Shown here one piece after another: positions 28,079 through 37,473 of a stretch of DNA of 64,000 bases (the stretch's first letter is position 1; every line of letters starts with the position of its first letter). This stretch comes from an uncultured Synergistaceae bacterium (lineage in GTDB: Bacteria > Synergistota > Synergistia > Synergistales > Aminobacteriaceae). Position numbers and translations under genes: made by a program. The notes under the pieces are model-generated. The model saw only the letters and a program-made list of their open reading frames with translations. It made no database searches and was not told the origin of the DNA. Location of the stretch: NCBI GenBank assembly GCA_964426245.1, contig CAYRPJ010000016.1, forward strand, positions 3,793 through 67,792, given 5' to 3'.

Positions 28079-28300
28079 GCTTCTTCCCCCTCGGACTTTG
28101 TATAAGTACATTAATATAGCAAAAAGACTCGCCGAAGGATAGTGTTAAAATTGAGCATGAAGAAATAAGGAGAATCGAATGTTCGCGCGCGTGTTTTCCT
28201 TTTCTCAACGGTCCGCCTCCGGCAACGGATTGCTCAAAGCGTCCTTCCAGGATGCATCGCGTGTTCCGGTTGCGCGGACCGACTTTCTGGAGGTGTATCC

Positions 28301-29140
28301 ATGATTCCTTTTGTAAAGATGCAGGGAAACGGAAATGATTTCATAGTGTTGGACAATCGGGACGGGCGCTTCTCTTCCGGCGATCTCGTCTCTTTGGCGC
28401 GGAGAAGCTGTCCGAGAAGAAGCTCTCTGGGTGCGGACGGACTTCTTGTTGTCGAGAAGGCGGAGAATGCCGACTTTACGATGCGCCTTTTCAACGCGGA
28501 CGGTAGTGAAGGTGAAATGTGCGGGAACGGGGCGCGCTGTGTCGCCCGATACGCATTCGAGAAAAAAATCGCGGGGAAAACGCAGTCATTCTCCACCCTT
28601 GCAGGAACGATGCGCGCAGCCGTGCATCCTCCTTTCGTGGAACTCGACATGGGAAGAATTCCGCTGACCGAAGGTTGGTTCAACCGTCCCCTTACCGTCG
28701 GAGAACGGACCTTCAAGTCTTCATATCTTCTGGTCGGTGTTCCGCATGTCGTCTTTTTCCTCGATGAAGAGGAGCTTTCGCGTGAAGAGATGATCGTTGT
28801 GGGGCGGGAGGTCCGGCACACCTACGCGCTGTTCCCGTACGGAGCGAACGTGAACTTTGTCCTTCCGCGGGACGATGCGCATATTGCTTCCGTGACGTAC
28901 GAAAGAGGAGTCGAGGATCTGACCGACTCCTGCGGTACCGGGTCAACTGCTTCCGCTATTGCGTGGACTCTCCGATATAATTCCCGGCCCGATTCTGCCG
29001 CCGTCGAGGTCGCGAATCCCGGAGGGATCAATTTCGTCTTTCTTCATTTCGGAGCAGAAGGGGATTATGTAGAAGCATCTCTCAAAGGGAAAACCGTAAT
29101 TGTTGCAGAGGGGCATCTTGTCGAGGAGATTGAGGGATAA
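28301..29140 (+). CDS. dapF: diaminopimelate epimerase
   Basis: FVKMQGNGNDFIVLDN, NADGSEGEMCGNGARC, ERGVEDLTDSCGTG. Confidence 0.9.
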   Translation: MIPFVKMQGNGNDFIVLDNRDGRFSSGDLVSLARRSCPRRSSLGADGLLVVEKAENADFTMRLFNADGSEGEMCGNGARCVARYAFEKKIAGKTQSFSTLAGTMRAAVHPPFVELDMGRIPLTEGWFNRPLTVGERTFKSSYLLVGVPHVVFFLDEEELSREEMIVVGREVRHTYALFPYGANVNFVLPRDDAHIASVTYERGVEDLTDSCGTGSTASAIAWTLRYNSRPDSAAVEVANPGGINFVFLHFGAEGDYVEASLKGKTVIVAEGHLVEEIEG

Positions 29141-29229
29141 AATGTTATAATGAATTGATATGTGTTCTTTGCAATGAAGGATGCGGAATGACTCCACACC
29201 TTTTTGGTGTGAAGAAAGGGAGGGATATC

Positions 29230-32200
29230 ATGATGAAGGCCAGGAAACTCCTCATCGGTATCATTCTGATCATCGGGCTCACAGGGCTGCTGCTCATCGG
29301 AGCGAGTATCGATTTTGCCGGCGATCTTGTAGTTCGGGAAGCCCGCAATGCGACCCGGGATCTTCTCGGAGCGGATCTCTCGATAGGCGGTATCCGCGGC
29401 AACCCGATCAAAGGATTTTCTCTGAAGGATATCGCATTGACCAAGGATGGGCGGAACCTCTTCAGCGCAGCCTTTCTCGATGTCAAGCTCAACCTTGTTT
29501 CTCTCCTCTCGAAATCGCCGAAAGTAAGCCTCCTCGAGGTCGGAGGAGTCGCAATCGATGCGGACAGCCTTGCGGAGCAGATTGCGCAGATTGAGTTCGA
29601 GGGCGGCGGAGACGGAGAAATACCGGTCGAGACCGTCCGTTTTGTGGACAGTGTTGTCGATTCGCAATGGGCGCAAGCGTCCATTGCGAGATTCGACCTC
29701 TCTTTTCAGGGAAAGGAGATCGTATCGGATGTCGAAATGGCGATCAATTCCGTTCCGGTAAAGGGAAAAGTAAGGGCTTTTCTCGACGGCGGCATGGCGG
29801 AGATACGTTCTCTCGAAATGAACATCGGAAAGGGATCTGCCTCCGCTTCGGGCAGGGTAGCTCCCTCGCTTGCGGTTTCGGGAACCGTAACAAATCTCGA
29901 CCTGAAGGAACTGGTCGCTTTCTGGCCCGTAGTGCCCGCAGACGGATTTGACGGCACGGTATCGCTCGCTTTCAGGGGAGAAGGAGATTGGAACAATCCT
30001 GTCCTGGGCGGGGAAGTTGACTATTCGGGCAGATCGATACTCGGTTACCCTGTGGACAGTGTCAAGGCGAAGTGGAGACTGTCGGGACAGAGTCTTTCCG
30101 TAGCCGATCTCGACGCGCGAATTCTCGGCATGCCGCTTGCCGGCGCTATGTCTCTGGCCTTCGGCCCGGGGAAACCTCCCTCGGTGGACCTCGCGCTCTC
30201 CGGGGAGCGAATCCGTCTCGCAGAGCTGAAGAAGGTGTACCCGGATCTCGGAGATGTCTCCGGCGAGATCGACAAGTTTACGATCACGCTCGCCGGAACG
30301 GCGGAAACCATGTCCGGCGTGATCGAGTTCAGTGCGCCGAAGCTGGGAATCCTCGGCTACTCCGTCTCGGATTCACGCGCCCAGGTGAAGCTCACTCCTG
30401 CGGCTGCCACCTTGAGCGCCAAGTCGCAGTTTGAAGGCGCTCCCATCACGGCGCAGGGGTCGGTCGCGGACTACATGACCGCGCCGAATCTCAATCTCAC
30501 CGCGAATATTCGGAATCTGAACCTGGCGAAAGGAACGGCTTCCTTTCCGCAGTTGCGGGAACTGGCTCTTCAGGGGGCGGTGCATGCCGATCTCTCGATC
30601 AGGGGAATGCCGTCCGCGCCCGATATTTCCGTGAAAATATGGAGCGAAAAGATCTCGGCGATGAAAGAGCTGCTTGAGGCTCCGGCGGTTAGCCTGTCGC
30701 TCAAAGGAGAAAAGATTTCAATCGTGAACGCGGGCGCAAAATGGCGCGGAGCTGTATTGGCTGCTTCCGGCACAGTCGATGGAGGAAAGAGGCTGAACAT
30801 TACGGCGTCGCTGGATAATCTGCAGCCTGCCGCGATCTCCCCTTTCCATCCTGATATCGCCCGATACAAGATCAAGGGGGTCGTCAACGCGAAAGCCGCC
30901 GTCTCAGGAAATCTCTCCGCTCCGAAGATCGACCTGACCGTTTCGTCGGGTTCCCTGGGACTGATGGATTCAGTCTCGTTCAAGAGCGTAAAGGCCTCGA
31001 CTACTCTGGTAGGCGATCCGAAAATCCTTGAAAAAGCGGACATCGACTTCGACATTTCAGCGGCTACCGCAGCTTTCGAAGGGCTTGCGCTCTCCGACCT
31101 CGCGCTCAAGCTGAGAAAAACGGGGCAGGCGATCAACATCCTCTCCGCGGGGGCGAAAAGCGGCGCAGGCTCTCTGACCGCCTCCGGAACGCTTGTGTTG
31201 CCCGCCGGGGCCGGAGGGAACGGAACGCTCGACATCGCTCTTGTCGTCGCAAAGGCGGACCTGGCTTTTCTGGCCGGCGCCGGGGGGCTGGGCGTTCCTC
31301 TCAGCGGGATCCTCGACGGTTCCCTCACACTCAAAGGCTCTCTCGATGCACCTTCGCTTTCTGTGAAGGCTGCATCGCCGAGTGTTACCGCGGCCGGAAT
31401 GACCGCGACCGAACTTGTTCTCGGTCTCTCCGGAGATATGAACGCCATGAAACTGGATGAATTCAAGGCCAGGTTCGGCGGCGGCGTTCTCTCGGCAACG
31501 GGAATCATCAAGCCGGGAGCGGTACCCGATGTAACGCTCGACATCTCCGGCGGCGATCTCGATCTGGCCGCCCTGACCTCGGGAATGCCGGACGCCGAAG
31601 AGCTTGGTGTCTCGGGGAAAGTGAATGTCTCCTTCAAGGGGCGTTTCGCCGGAATCGCGGGCAAGGGAGAGGGATCGATAAAGTCCTCCGCCTTCACGGT
31701 CATGGGACTGAAGGGTACAAACCTCTCCTATCCGATCACCCTGGACGGGAATGCCCTCTCTTCGAAAGGGGCCTCTCTTTCATTCTACGGAGGCAGTGTG
31801 CGCGGCAACGGATCGCTGGATATCAAGACGATGAAATTCTCTCACTCTCTCGAGCTGAACGGAGTGGACGTGAACGGAGTCGCCCAGGACTTCACCGGAG
31901 GACTCGACGGCAAAATCACCGGGACAGCGAAAGGCTCGGCCGCCATATCCGGATCCATGGAGCCTAAACTCTCCTACTCGGGAAAGGGGAACGTGGAGAT
32001 AGGAGAAGGGAGCATCGGCGGATTCAAGGCCGTCCAGGTGCTCACCGCACTCTACAGGACGGGCGTGCGCTACGCGAATGTTTCGGTTCCCTTCAGGCTC
32101 GAGACAGGGCGTTTTATCCTTGAAAAAGGAACCCGCGCGAACGCGCCCCAAAACGATCCGCTGTACCGTTTCCTTACGGCGGAGGGGCCGATCGGCCCCA

Positions 32201-32664
32201 AGGGCGCTATCAACCTTCAGTGCGCCGGCAATGTAAACCTTCAGGTGCTGAACGCTCTGACCGGAGGGGCTGTCGGAGGTTTGACCGCCCGGTCTCTCGA
32301 GGATGCCTTGAGAGGTATTATCGGAGGAGTTCAGACGGGAATGGAGAAAGCTGATTTCCGGGACATTTCCTTTACTCTTGGAGGAACGACGGAAAAACCG
32401 GGTTTTTCCAATCTGAAGGTCGCAGCGGGAGCGCAGCAGCCAGCCACGACTCCGGCGCCGGGACAGCCGACTCCCGCGGCGCCGCAGGAGCCGAAGAAAC
32501 TCGAGCAAATCATCATCGAACAGATTGTCAAACCGTCGAAACCCGAACCGACGCCAACACCTGCTCCCGGTGAGCCGGCCCAGCCGACGGAGCCCGCTCA
32601 GCCGGAGAAGAAACCGGAGGACATCATCAAAGAAAAGCTTCTCGAATCCATTTTCAAGAAATAA
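29230..32664 (+). CDS. TamB/AsmA-like translocation-and-assembly-module protein with a Pro/Thr/Glu-rich C-terminal tail
   Basis: ATG 29230 follows gaaagggaggg. N-terminal anchor LLIGIILIIGLTGLLLIG. More than 1000 aa of repetitive beta-rich G/S/A/L sequence. AsmA-like C-terminal region. Tail PATTPAPGQPTPAAPQEP...PEPTPTPAPGEPAQPTEPAQPE. Confidence 0.7.
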   Translation: MMKARKLLIGIILIIGLTGLLLIGASIDFAGDLVVREARNATRDLLGADLSIGGIRGNPIKGFSLKDIALTKDGRNLFSAAFLDVKLNLVSLLSKSPKVSLLEVGGVAIDADSLAEQIAQIEFEGGGDGEIPVETVRFVDSVVDSQWAQASIARFDLSFQGKEIVSDVEMAINSVPVKGKVRAFLDGGMAEIRSLEMNIGKGSASASGRVAPSLAVSGTVTNLDLKELVAFWPVVPADGFDGTVSLAFRGEGDWNNPVLGGEVDYSGRSILGYPVDSVKAKWRLSGQSLSVADLDARILGMPLAGAMSLAFGPGKPPSVDLALSGERIRLAELKKVYPDLGDVSGEIDKFTITLAGTAETMSGVIEFSAPKLGILGYSVSDSRAQVKLTPAAATLSAKSQFEGAPITAQGSVADYMTAPNLNLTANIRNLNLAKGTASFPQLRELALQGAVHADLSIRGMPSAPDISVKIWSEKISAMKELLEAPAVSLSLKGEKISIVNAGAKWRGAVLAASGTVDGGKRLNITASLDNLQPAAISPFHPDIARYKIKGVVNAKAAVSGNLSAPKIDLTVSSGSLGLMDSVSFKSVKASTTLVGDPKILEKADIDFDISAATAAFEGLALSDLALKLRKTGQAINILSAGAKSGAGSLTASGTLVLPAGAGGNGTLDIALVVAKADLAFLAGAGGLGVPLSGILDGSLTLKGSLDAPSLSVKAASPSVTAAGMTATELVLGLSGDMNAMKLDEFKARFGGGVLSATGIIKPGAVPDVTLDISGGDLDLAALTSGMPDAEELGVSGKVNVSFKGRFAGIAGKGEGSIKSSAFTVMGLKGTNLSYPITLDGNALSSKGASLSFYGGSVRGNGSLDIKTMKFSHSLELNGVDVNGVAQDFTGGLDGKITGTAKGSAAISGSMEPKLSYSGKGNVEIGEGSIGGFKAVQVLTALYRTGVRYANVSVPFRLETGRFILEKGTRANAPQNDPLYRFLTAEGPIGPKGAINLQCAGNVNLQVLNALTGGAVGGLTARSLEDALRGIIGGVQTGMEKADFRDISFTLGGTTEKPGFSNLKVAAGAQQPATTPAPGQPTPAAPQEPKKLEQIIIEQIVKPSKPEPTPTPAPGEPAQPTEPAQPEKKPEDIIKEKLLESIFKK

Positions 32665-32667
32665 ACA

Positions 32668-32707
32668 CCGCTCAAAGGGGGAGGCCGAGGCTTCTCCCTT
32701 TAAGCGG
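32668..32707. terminator. hairpin between convergent genes
   Basis: ccgct-c-aaaggggga ... tctcccttt-a-agcgg imperfect long stem. Weak U-tract. Confidence 0.45.
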
Positions 32708-32751
32708 CATAGAGTCTCCTTCCATTTCGTCCTTTCCGTCCTCTTTTCCTC

Positions 32752-34500
32752 CTATTGTCGTTTTCCCGGCTTCTCGTAGCTCGTAGGCCCGTCAGGCCAC
32801 GATGTCGTTCTCAGCCAATCCTTCGGATAACCGAGCGGCCGGCCGATCTTCCCGCCTTCGGTAAGCAGGCCGTCGTTGTACTTCACGATGAGATGCTCCG
32901 CCAGGTCCCACCATTTCGCCAGGGTTTCCGCGGTGTTCCGCTCGGCGAAGTTCGTGAGATACTCTTTTGCCGCGGGCGGATTCACTCGGTGAAGGTCGAG
33001 AGCGTTGCGCTCGACGATCTCCAAGAGCGTCAGAAAACCAGTCTCGAGCTGTTCCTGCAGTTCCTCGATCTCCTTGTGCATGTAGCTGTATTTGAGCCCG
33101 GCGTAGTTCGCCAGGAAATTGAAAGTCCACCATGCGCTTCCCCGCGAGAATTTTGTGGTGTCGCAGACTTCCACTGAACGCGGAAGCCCGTTCACACCGA
33201 TGTGGAAGGGGAGGAAAACGGTATCGGACGGCTTGTCGAGGCCGAGCCACATCCTTCCCCCGATGGGAGCGGGCAGCCACCCTCGGGCCTGGTTGACGAA
33301 GACGTAGCCGCAGTAGGTGACGGAAAGAGGACGTTCCCAGGCTCCTTCCAGTTTGCGCGAAGGATCGCCGACATCGCCCGCGCCGTCGTAGGGACCATAG
33401 AAGCGGTCTGGGTAGCCGAACGGACCTGCCGCGACGCCCTTGGTCAGGTCGAACTCCGTTCCTTCGTAGTGATCGCGGTGCAGGCGCATCACGTCCCGAA
33501 CCGAGAGTTTATTGTCGGGCTTGACCGAGAACGGGTAGTCCTTCGTGAAGCCGTCCTTCACCCAGGGGGAGAAATTCCTGGAGGGGGCTGCCAGTGAGAG
33601 AACGCGCCAGACTCTCCGGAGAGAGTAATACGGGTGATTGTACTCGCCGAGGCTTACCGTCCGGAGCCAGTCGAGCTTTCCGTCCTCCGGTTTCCACCAT
33701 CCGTGCTTCTGCGCCGTTTCGTGGAGATTTTTCGAGAACATCATGTCCGGGTCGTCGGGGTCCACCTCACGGATGCGGAACTGGTTCGCGGCGACGAAGA
33801 TATCGCCGTCCGGAACCTTCTTGGCCACCCAGAGACCGCCCTTCCCCTCCGGAGACGGGGCCATTTCGATTACCCACCCCTCCTCGGTATCTGCCACAGG
33901 AAGGGTTTCTCCCGTACCGTAGAGGCCGTATTCCTCGATGAGTTCCCCGATGAGAAGTATCGCCTCCCGCGCGGTCCGGCAGCGTTCGAGCGCGACGCGG
34001 GAGAGTTCGGATGAGTAGAAAATCCGCTTGCCCGGTTCAGGGTCGGGGGTGATTTTCGAACCGTTGGTGCATTCGCCGAACATGAGCTGGTGTTCGTTCA
34101 TGATGCCGTAGTTGCCGTCGAAATAGGCGTATGTCTCCCTCGTTTGCGGAATGTACCCCAACGGAACGGATTTCGCGCCTTCCGTGTTGTACCCCCTTCC
34201 CCGGTCGGCAGTGACCATGCGGGGGTAGATGAATGCGTTGTATTCCGGGAATTCTCCCATTGCGGCGGCTGTGCAGAAAACGGGTCTCATGGATCCGGGC
34301 GTATGTTTTTGCGCTGGGATGTAGAGGATTCTCTGATCCATAAGGTCGTTGTCGTCGGAGTGGGAAACCATCACAGACCCGTCTGTGGAAGCTCCCTTTG
34401 TGACGATAATGGTGGTGCATCCTTCACAGGTATGCGTGAAGAGCAAGGGGAGCAAAAGGAGCAACAGGAGCAACGCTGCGTTTCGTCTGAGAATGCGCAC
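32752..34500 (-). CDS. secreted peptidase family C69 dipeptidase
   Basis: Signal peptide LLLLLLLLPLLFTHTCEG followed by the N-terminal nucleophile context CTTIIVTKGASTDGSVMVSHSDDN. GTG 34500 lies 8 nt after GGAGGG. The track ORF extends to 34653. Confidence 0.8.
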   Translation of the reverse strand: MRILRRNAALLLLLLLLPLLFTHTCEGCTTIIVTKGASTDGSVMVSHSDDNDLMDQRILYIPAQKHTPGSMRPVFCTAAAMGEFPEYNAFIYPRMVTADRGRGYNTEGAKSVPLGYIPQTRETYAYFDGNYGIMNEHQLMFGECTNGSKITPDPEPGKRIFYSSELSRVALERCRTAREAILLIGELIEEYGLYGTGETLPVADTEEGWVIEMAPSPEGKGGLWVAKKVPDGDIFVAANQFRIREVDPDDPDMMFSKNLHETAQKHGWWKPEDGKLDWLRTVSLGEYNHPYYSLRRVWRVLSLAAPSRNFSPWVKDGFTKDYPFSVKPDNKLSVRDVMRLHRDHYEGTEFDLTKGVAAGPFGYPDRFYGPYDGAGDVGDPSRKLEGAWERPLSVTYCGYVFVNQARGWLPAPIGGRMWLGLDKPSDTVFLPFHIGVNGLPRSVEVCDTTKFSRGSAWWTFNFLANYAGLKYSYMHKEIEELQEQLETGFLTLLEIVERNALDLHRVNPPAAKEYLTNFAERNTAETLAKWWDLAEHLIVKYNDGLLTEGGKIGRPLGYPKDWLRTTSWPDGPTSYEKPGKRQ

Positions 34501-34695
34501 GATAATACCCTCCTCTGAGTGGAACGAATATCTACTCGGCACAAGGGAGAGCATGAACCTCTCCCGGATTTTTTCGAAAGAAGACGCAATCCCGATTCCT
34601 TCCGGATCTGCTGAAAGGTTTGTCCGGGAGGAAAAAAAGACGCTCTTCTCCATGGCGCATTATAAAACTGTGCGGAACTCTCTTCAAGGAGCTTC

Positions 34696-34725
34696 TTGCA
34701 CTGTTTTCATGAAATCAGGTAGTAT
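34696..34725 (+). promoter_or_regulatory. candidate promoter of tri-domain paralog 1
   Basis: TTGCAC, 18 nt, TAGTAT, overlapping a TATATAAT stretch. Confidence 0.35.
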
Positions 34726-34774
34726 ATAATGCAATACAGTATCTTCCGATGGAGTGAAAGGAGTTGATCTCTCC

Positions 34775-34837
34775 GTGAACATGATTACGCTGCAAAGAAG
34801 TGCCGGAAGGCTTCGCCTCCGCGTCGAAACGCCATGA
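34775..34837 (+). CDS. candidate 20-aa leader ORF, stop overlapping the start of paralog 1
   Basis: aaaggag (34757-34763), then GTG 34775 or ATG 34781. Reads (M)NMITLQRSAGRLRLRVETP. TGA 34835-34837 overlaps the main ATG 34834 (ATGA). The main ATG has no Shine-Dalgarno sequence of its own. Confidence 0.3.
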   Translation: MNMITLQRSAGRLRLRVETP

Positions 34838-37308
34838 AATGCCTTCATCGAAGCGGCTCCACCGCGCTGATCTCCGGAACGCTGACCCTGACGTACGACG
34901 AGCTTTTCAACAGGATTGACTCGTACTCCGTGCTTCTCCCCGAACGGCGGAGTTCCTGCGTGGCGATCTTTTCCGAAAATCGGCCGGAGTGGATCTACGC
35001 TCTTTACGCGGGATGGAAGAACGGCTGCGCAGTTGTTCCGATAGACTCCGCCGCTCCGCACGACGAGATTGCCTATATCGTGGAGGACTGCAAACCCGAG
35101 ACGATCTTCTGCTCCCGCCAGAAGCTGCCGGAGGTCGGCAAGGCCCTCGAATCCGTATCGTACACTCCCGGAATCCTCGTGTTCGAGGAGTGCGGCGATT
35201 TCAGCGAAACGGATCCTGTTCCGGGCTTCGATGAACTCGAGCGGTCGGACGACGAGACGGCCCTTATCATCTATACGTCCGGAACGACCGGGAGTCCCAA
35301 GGGAGCCATGCTCTCGTTCGGCAACATGCTGGCCAATGTCGAGGCTGTGAGCAGGGAAGTTCCGATATTCACTTCCGACGCCCGCGCGCTCGTGCTGCTC
35401 CCCATTCATCATGTCCTGCCGCTCGGCGGCACGATTGTCGCACCGCTCGCGGTCGGAGGAACCTGCGTTTTCTCGCCGTCGATGGCTCCGGAGGATATCC
35501 TGGATACGCTGCAAAGCCACGGAGTTACCGTCATTGTTGCTGTTCCCCGTTTCTTTCACCTTATCATGAAGGGTATCCGCGAGAAGATCGGCGGCAGTTT
35601 TTTCGCCCGTTCGCTCTTTGCCCTGGCGAAGAAGCTGGACTCCCCCCGGTTTTCGAAGATCGTGTTTCGGAAGGTACACCGGCGCTTCGGAGGGAGGATT
35701 CGATCCCTGATCTGCGGCGGAGCGGCTATCGACGATGATGTCGCAAGAGACTTCAAGGCTCTCGGATTTGACCTGCTCACGGGGTACGGTATGACGGAGA
35801 CCGCCCCTCTCATTTCGTTCACACGGCCGGGAACGCTGCGGATCGGCGCCAGCGGACAGATCTCCCCGGTGAACGAAGTGAAGATAGACGAAGGGGAGAT
35901 CGTCGTCAGGGGACGGAACGTGATGAAGGGCTATTTCAACCGTCCTGACGAGACTGCCGCGATGATTCGCGGCGGCTGGCTCTATACCGGTGACCTGGGG
36001 TATATCGACCCGGACGGCTTCGTCTTCGTGACGGGGCGAAAGAAGGATATCATCGTGCTGCCGAACGGCAAAAACGTCAATCCGGAGGAGATCGAATCGA
36101 AGGTGCTCGCATCCTTCGACGCGGTTCGGGAAATCGGGGTATGCCTTCATGAGGGAATGCTGCACGCCGTGATGCTCCCTGATTTTTCCAGGCTCTCCGA
36201 ACTGGGAGTCCACGCTGTGGAGGAGTATTTTCGCTGGGAAGTGATCGGAGAATACAACCAGACAGCCGCTTCCTCGAAAAAAATCATGAAGTTCACCCTC
36301 GTGAAGGAAGAACTCCCCCGGACCCGCCTCGGAAAGATCCGGCGATTCCGTCTGCACGAACTGATCGTTAAGCCGGTAGAGCCAGTTTCCGCTCATCCGG
36401 AACCTGAAGATCAAGTCTATCTCAAGATCAGGAACTTTCTGGCCGCTCAGACGGAAAAGAGCGTCTTTCCGGGCGCGCACCTCGAGATTGATCTTGGTAT
36501 GGACTCGCTCGACAAAGTTGCACTCTCGTCCTTTCTGTACTCCTCGTTCGGCGTGAAGGTCGGCGACGAAGAGCTGCTTCAGTACGCCACGGTCGGGGAA
36601 ATCTTGAAATACGTCGAGCGGACAAAGGTTAAGATCGAGGAGGAGGATGCGGACTGGGCTTCCATCCTCCATGCGGACGTCGGGACCGGGCTTCCGCGCT
36701 GTTCGGGACTTCACGTTCCGCTCGGCAGGATGATACGGCTTCTCTTCAGGCTCTATTTCCGGATGCAGGTTACCGGCTGGGAGAATATCCCGGATCACCC
36801 CTTCCTGCTGGTATCGAATCACCAGAGCTATCTCGACGGCCTCGTGGTCGGGACTTCGCTGGACGTGAAGGTTGCCGGGCGGCTTTTTTTCTACGCTTCG
36901 GAACAGACCTTCCGAAAGGCGTGGCAGCGCGATTTCATCACCCGCCACAACGTCATCCTCGTGGATATCAACAGAAATCTGAAACTTTCGCTGCAGAAGA
37001 TGGCAGGAGTGTTGAAGAAAGGAGACTCGCTGATCATCTTCCCCGAAGGGGGGGTGACCCGCGACGGCAAGATGCTGCCCTTCAAGAGGACCTTCGCCAT
37101 TCTGAGCAGAGAGCTCGGTGTTCCCATTGTTCCCGTCGCGTTGAGCGGAACCTTCCAGGCAATGCCGAGAGGACAGAGGTTTCCGAAGTTCAGGCAGGCC
37201 ATACGGGTGGAGTTTCTTCCGCCGGTTTTTCCGGAAGAGGAAAACTACGACGAACTGGTTGAACGGGTCCGCAAGCTGATCGGGGAAAGGGTTGAAGTTC
37301 CAGTTTGA
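34834..37308 (+). CDS. tri-domain enzyme: acyl-AMP/CoA ligase, carrier (PP-binding) domain, PlsC-type lysophospholipid acyltransferase
   Basis: AMP-binding IYTSGTTGSPKGAMLS, TGYGMTETAP, YTGDLGYID..GRKKDIIVLPNGKNV. Carrier motif LGMDSLDKV (Ser codon 36505-36507). Acyltransferase NHQSYLD (HX4D) and FPEGGVTRDG. Confidence 0.85.
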   Translation: MKCLHRSGSTALISGTLTLTYDELFNRIDSYSVLLPERRSSCVAIFSENRPEWIYALYAGWKNGCAVVPIDSAAPHDEIAYIVEDCKPETIFCSRQKLPEVGKALESVSYTPGILVFEECGDFSETDPVPGFDELERSDDETALIIYTSGTTGSPKGAMLSFGNMLANVEAVSREVPIFTSDARALVLLPIHHVLPLGGTIVAPLAVGGTCVFSPSMAPEDILDTLQSHGVTVIVAVPRFFHLIMKGIREKIGGSFFARSLFALAKKLDSPRFSKIVFRKVHRRFGGRIRSLICGGAAIDDDVARDFKALGFDLLTGYGMTETAPLISFTRPGTLRIGASGQISPVNEVKIDEGEIVVRGRNVMKGYFNRPDETAAMIRGGWLYTGDLGYIDPDGFVFVTGRKKDIIVLPNGKNVNPEEIESKVLASFDAVREIGVCLHEGMLHAVMLPDFSRLSELGVHAVEEYFRWEVIGEYNQTAASSKKIMKFTLVKEELPRTRLGKIRRFRLHELIVKPVEPVSAHPEPEDQVYLKIRNFLAAQTEKSVFPGAHLEIDLGMDSLDKVALSSFLYSSFGVKVGDEELLQYATVGEILKYVERTKVKIEEEDADWASILHADVGTGLPRCSGLHVPLGRMIRLLFRLYFRMQVTGWENIPDHPFLLVSNHQSYLDGLVVGTSLDVKVAGRLFFYASEQTFRKAWQRDFITRHNVILVDINRNLKLSLQKMAGVLKKGDSLIIFPEGGVTRDGKMLPFKRTFAILSRELGVPIVPVALSGTFQAMPRGQRFPKFRQAIRVEFLPPVFPEEENYDELVERVRKLIGERVEVPV

Positions 37309-37335
37309 CCGGATGTATTCCTGTGAATCGCGATA

Positions 37336-37365
37336 TTGAACGGACCAGCAGGCAGGATATATAAT
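37336..37365 (+). promoter_or_regulatory. candidate promoter of tri-domain paralog 2
   Basis: TTGAAC (37336-37341), 18 nt, TATAAT (37360-37365). Confidence 0.5.
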
Positions 37366-37404
37366 ATACACACGTTCAATTCGAAAAAATTATGGGAGGA
37401 TGCC

Positions 37405-37473
37405 ATGTCTGAGAAGAGCTTTCCATCTCGAGTGAAGACTGAAATGTCGTATCTTTCCGCTGAATCGTTATGA
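37405..37473 (+). CDS. candidate 22-aa leader ORF, stop overlapping the start of paralog 2
   Basis: gggagga (37394-37400), then ATG 37405. Reads MSEKSFPSRVKTEMSYLSAESL. TGA 37471-37473 overlaps the main ATG 37470 (ATGA). The main ATG has no Shine-Dalgarno sequence. Confidence 0.35.
   Translation: MSEKSFPSRVKTEMSYLSAESL

Noticed and set aside
26201-28105. 634-aa ORF on the plus strand
   Set aside because: It is antisense to metH, with an R/G/E-rich composition and no motifs.
28079-28300. SAM or cobalamin riboswitch upstream of metH
   Set aside because: I found no SAM-I/II core and no B12-box on the minus strand. An extended -10 (TGCTATATT, forward 28113-28121) would leave only a ~25-nt leader.
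34684-37371. 895-aa ORF on the minus strand
   Set aside because: It is antisense to tri-domain paralog 1, whose plus-strand frame carries unmistakable AMP-binding, carrier and PlsC motifs. The antisense product is low-complexity and R/P-rich.
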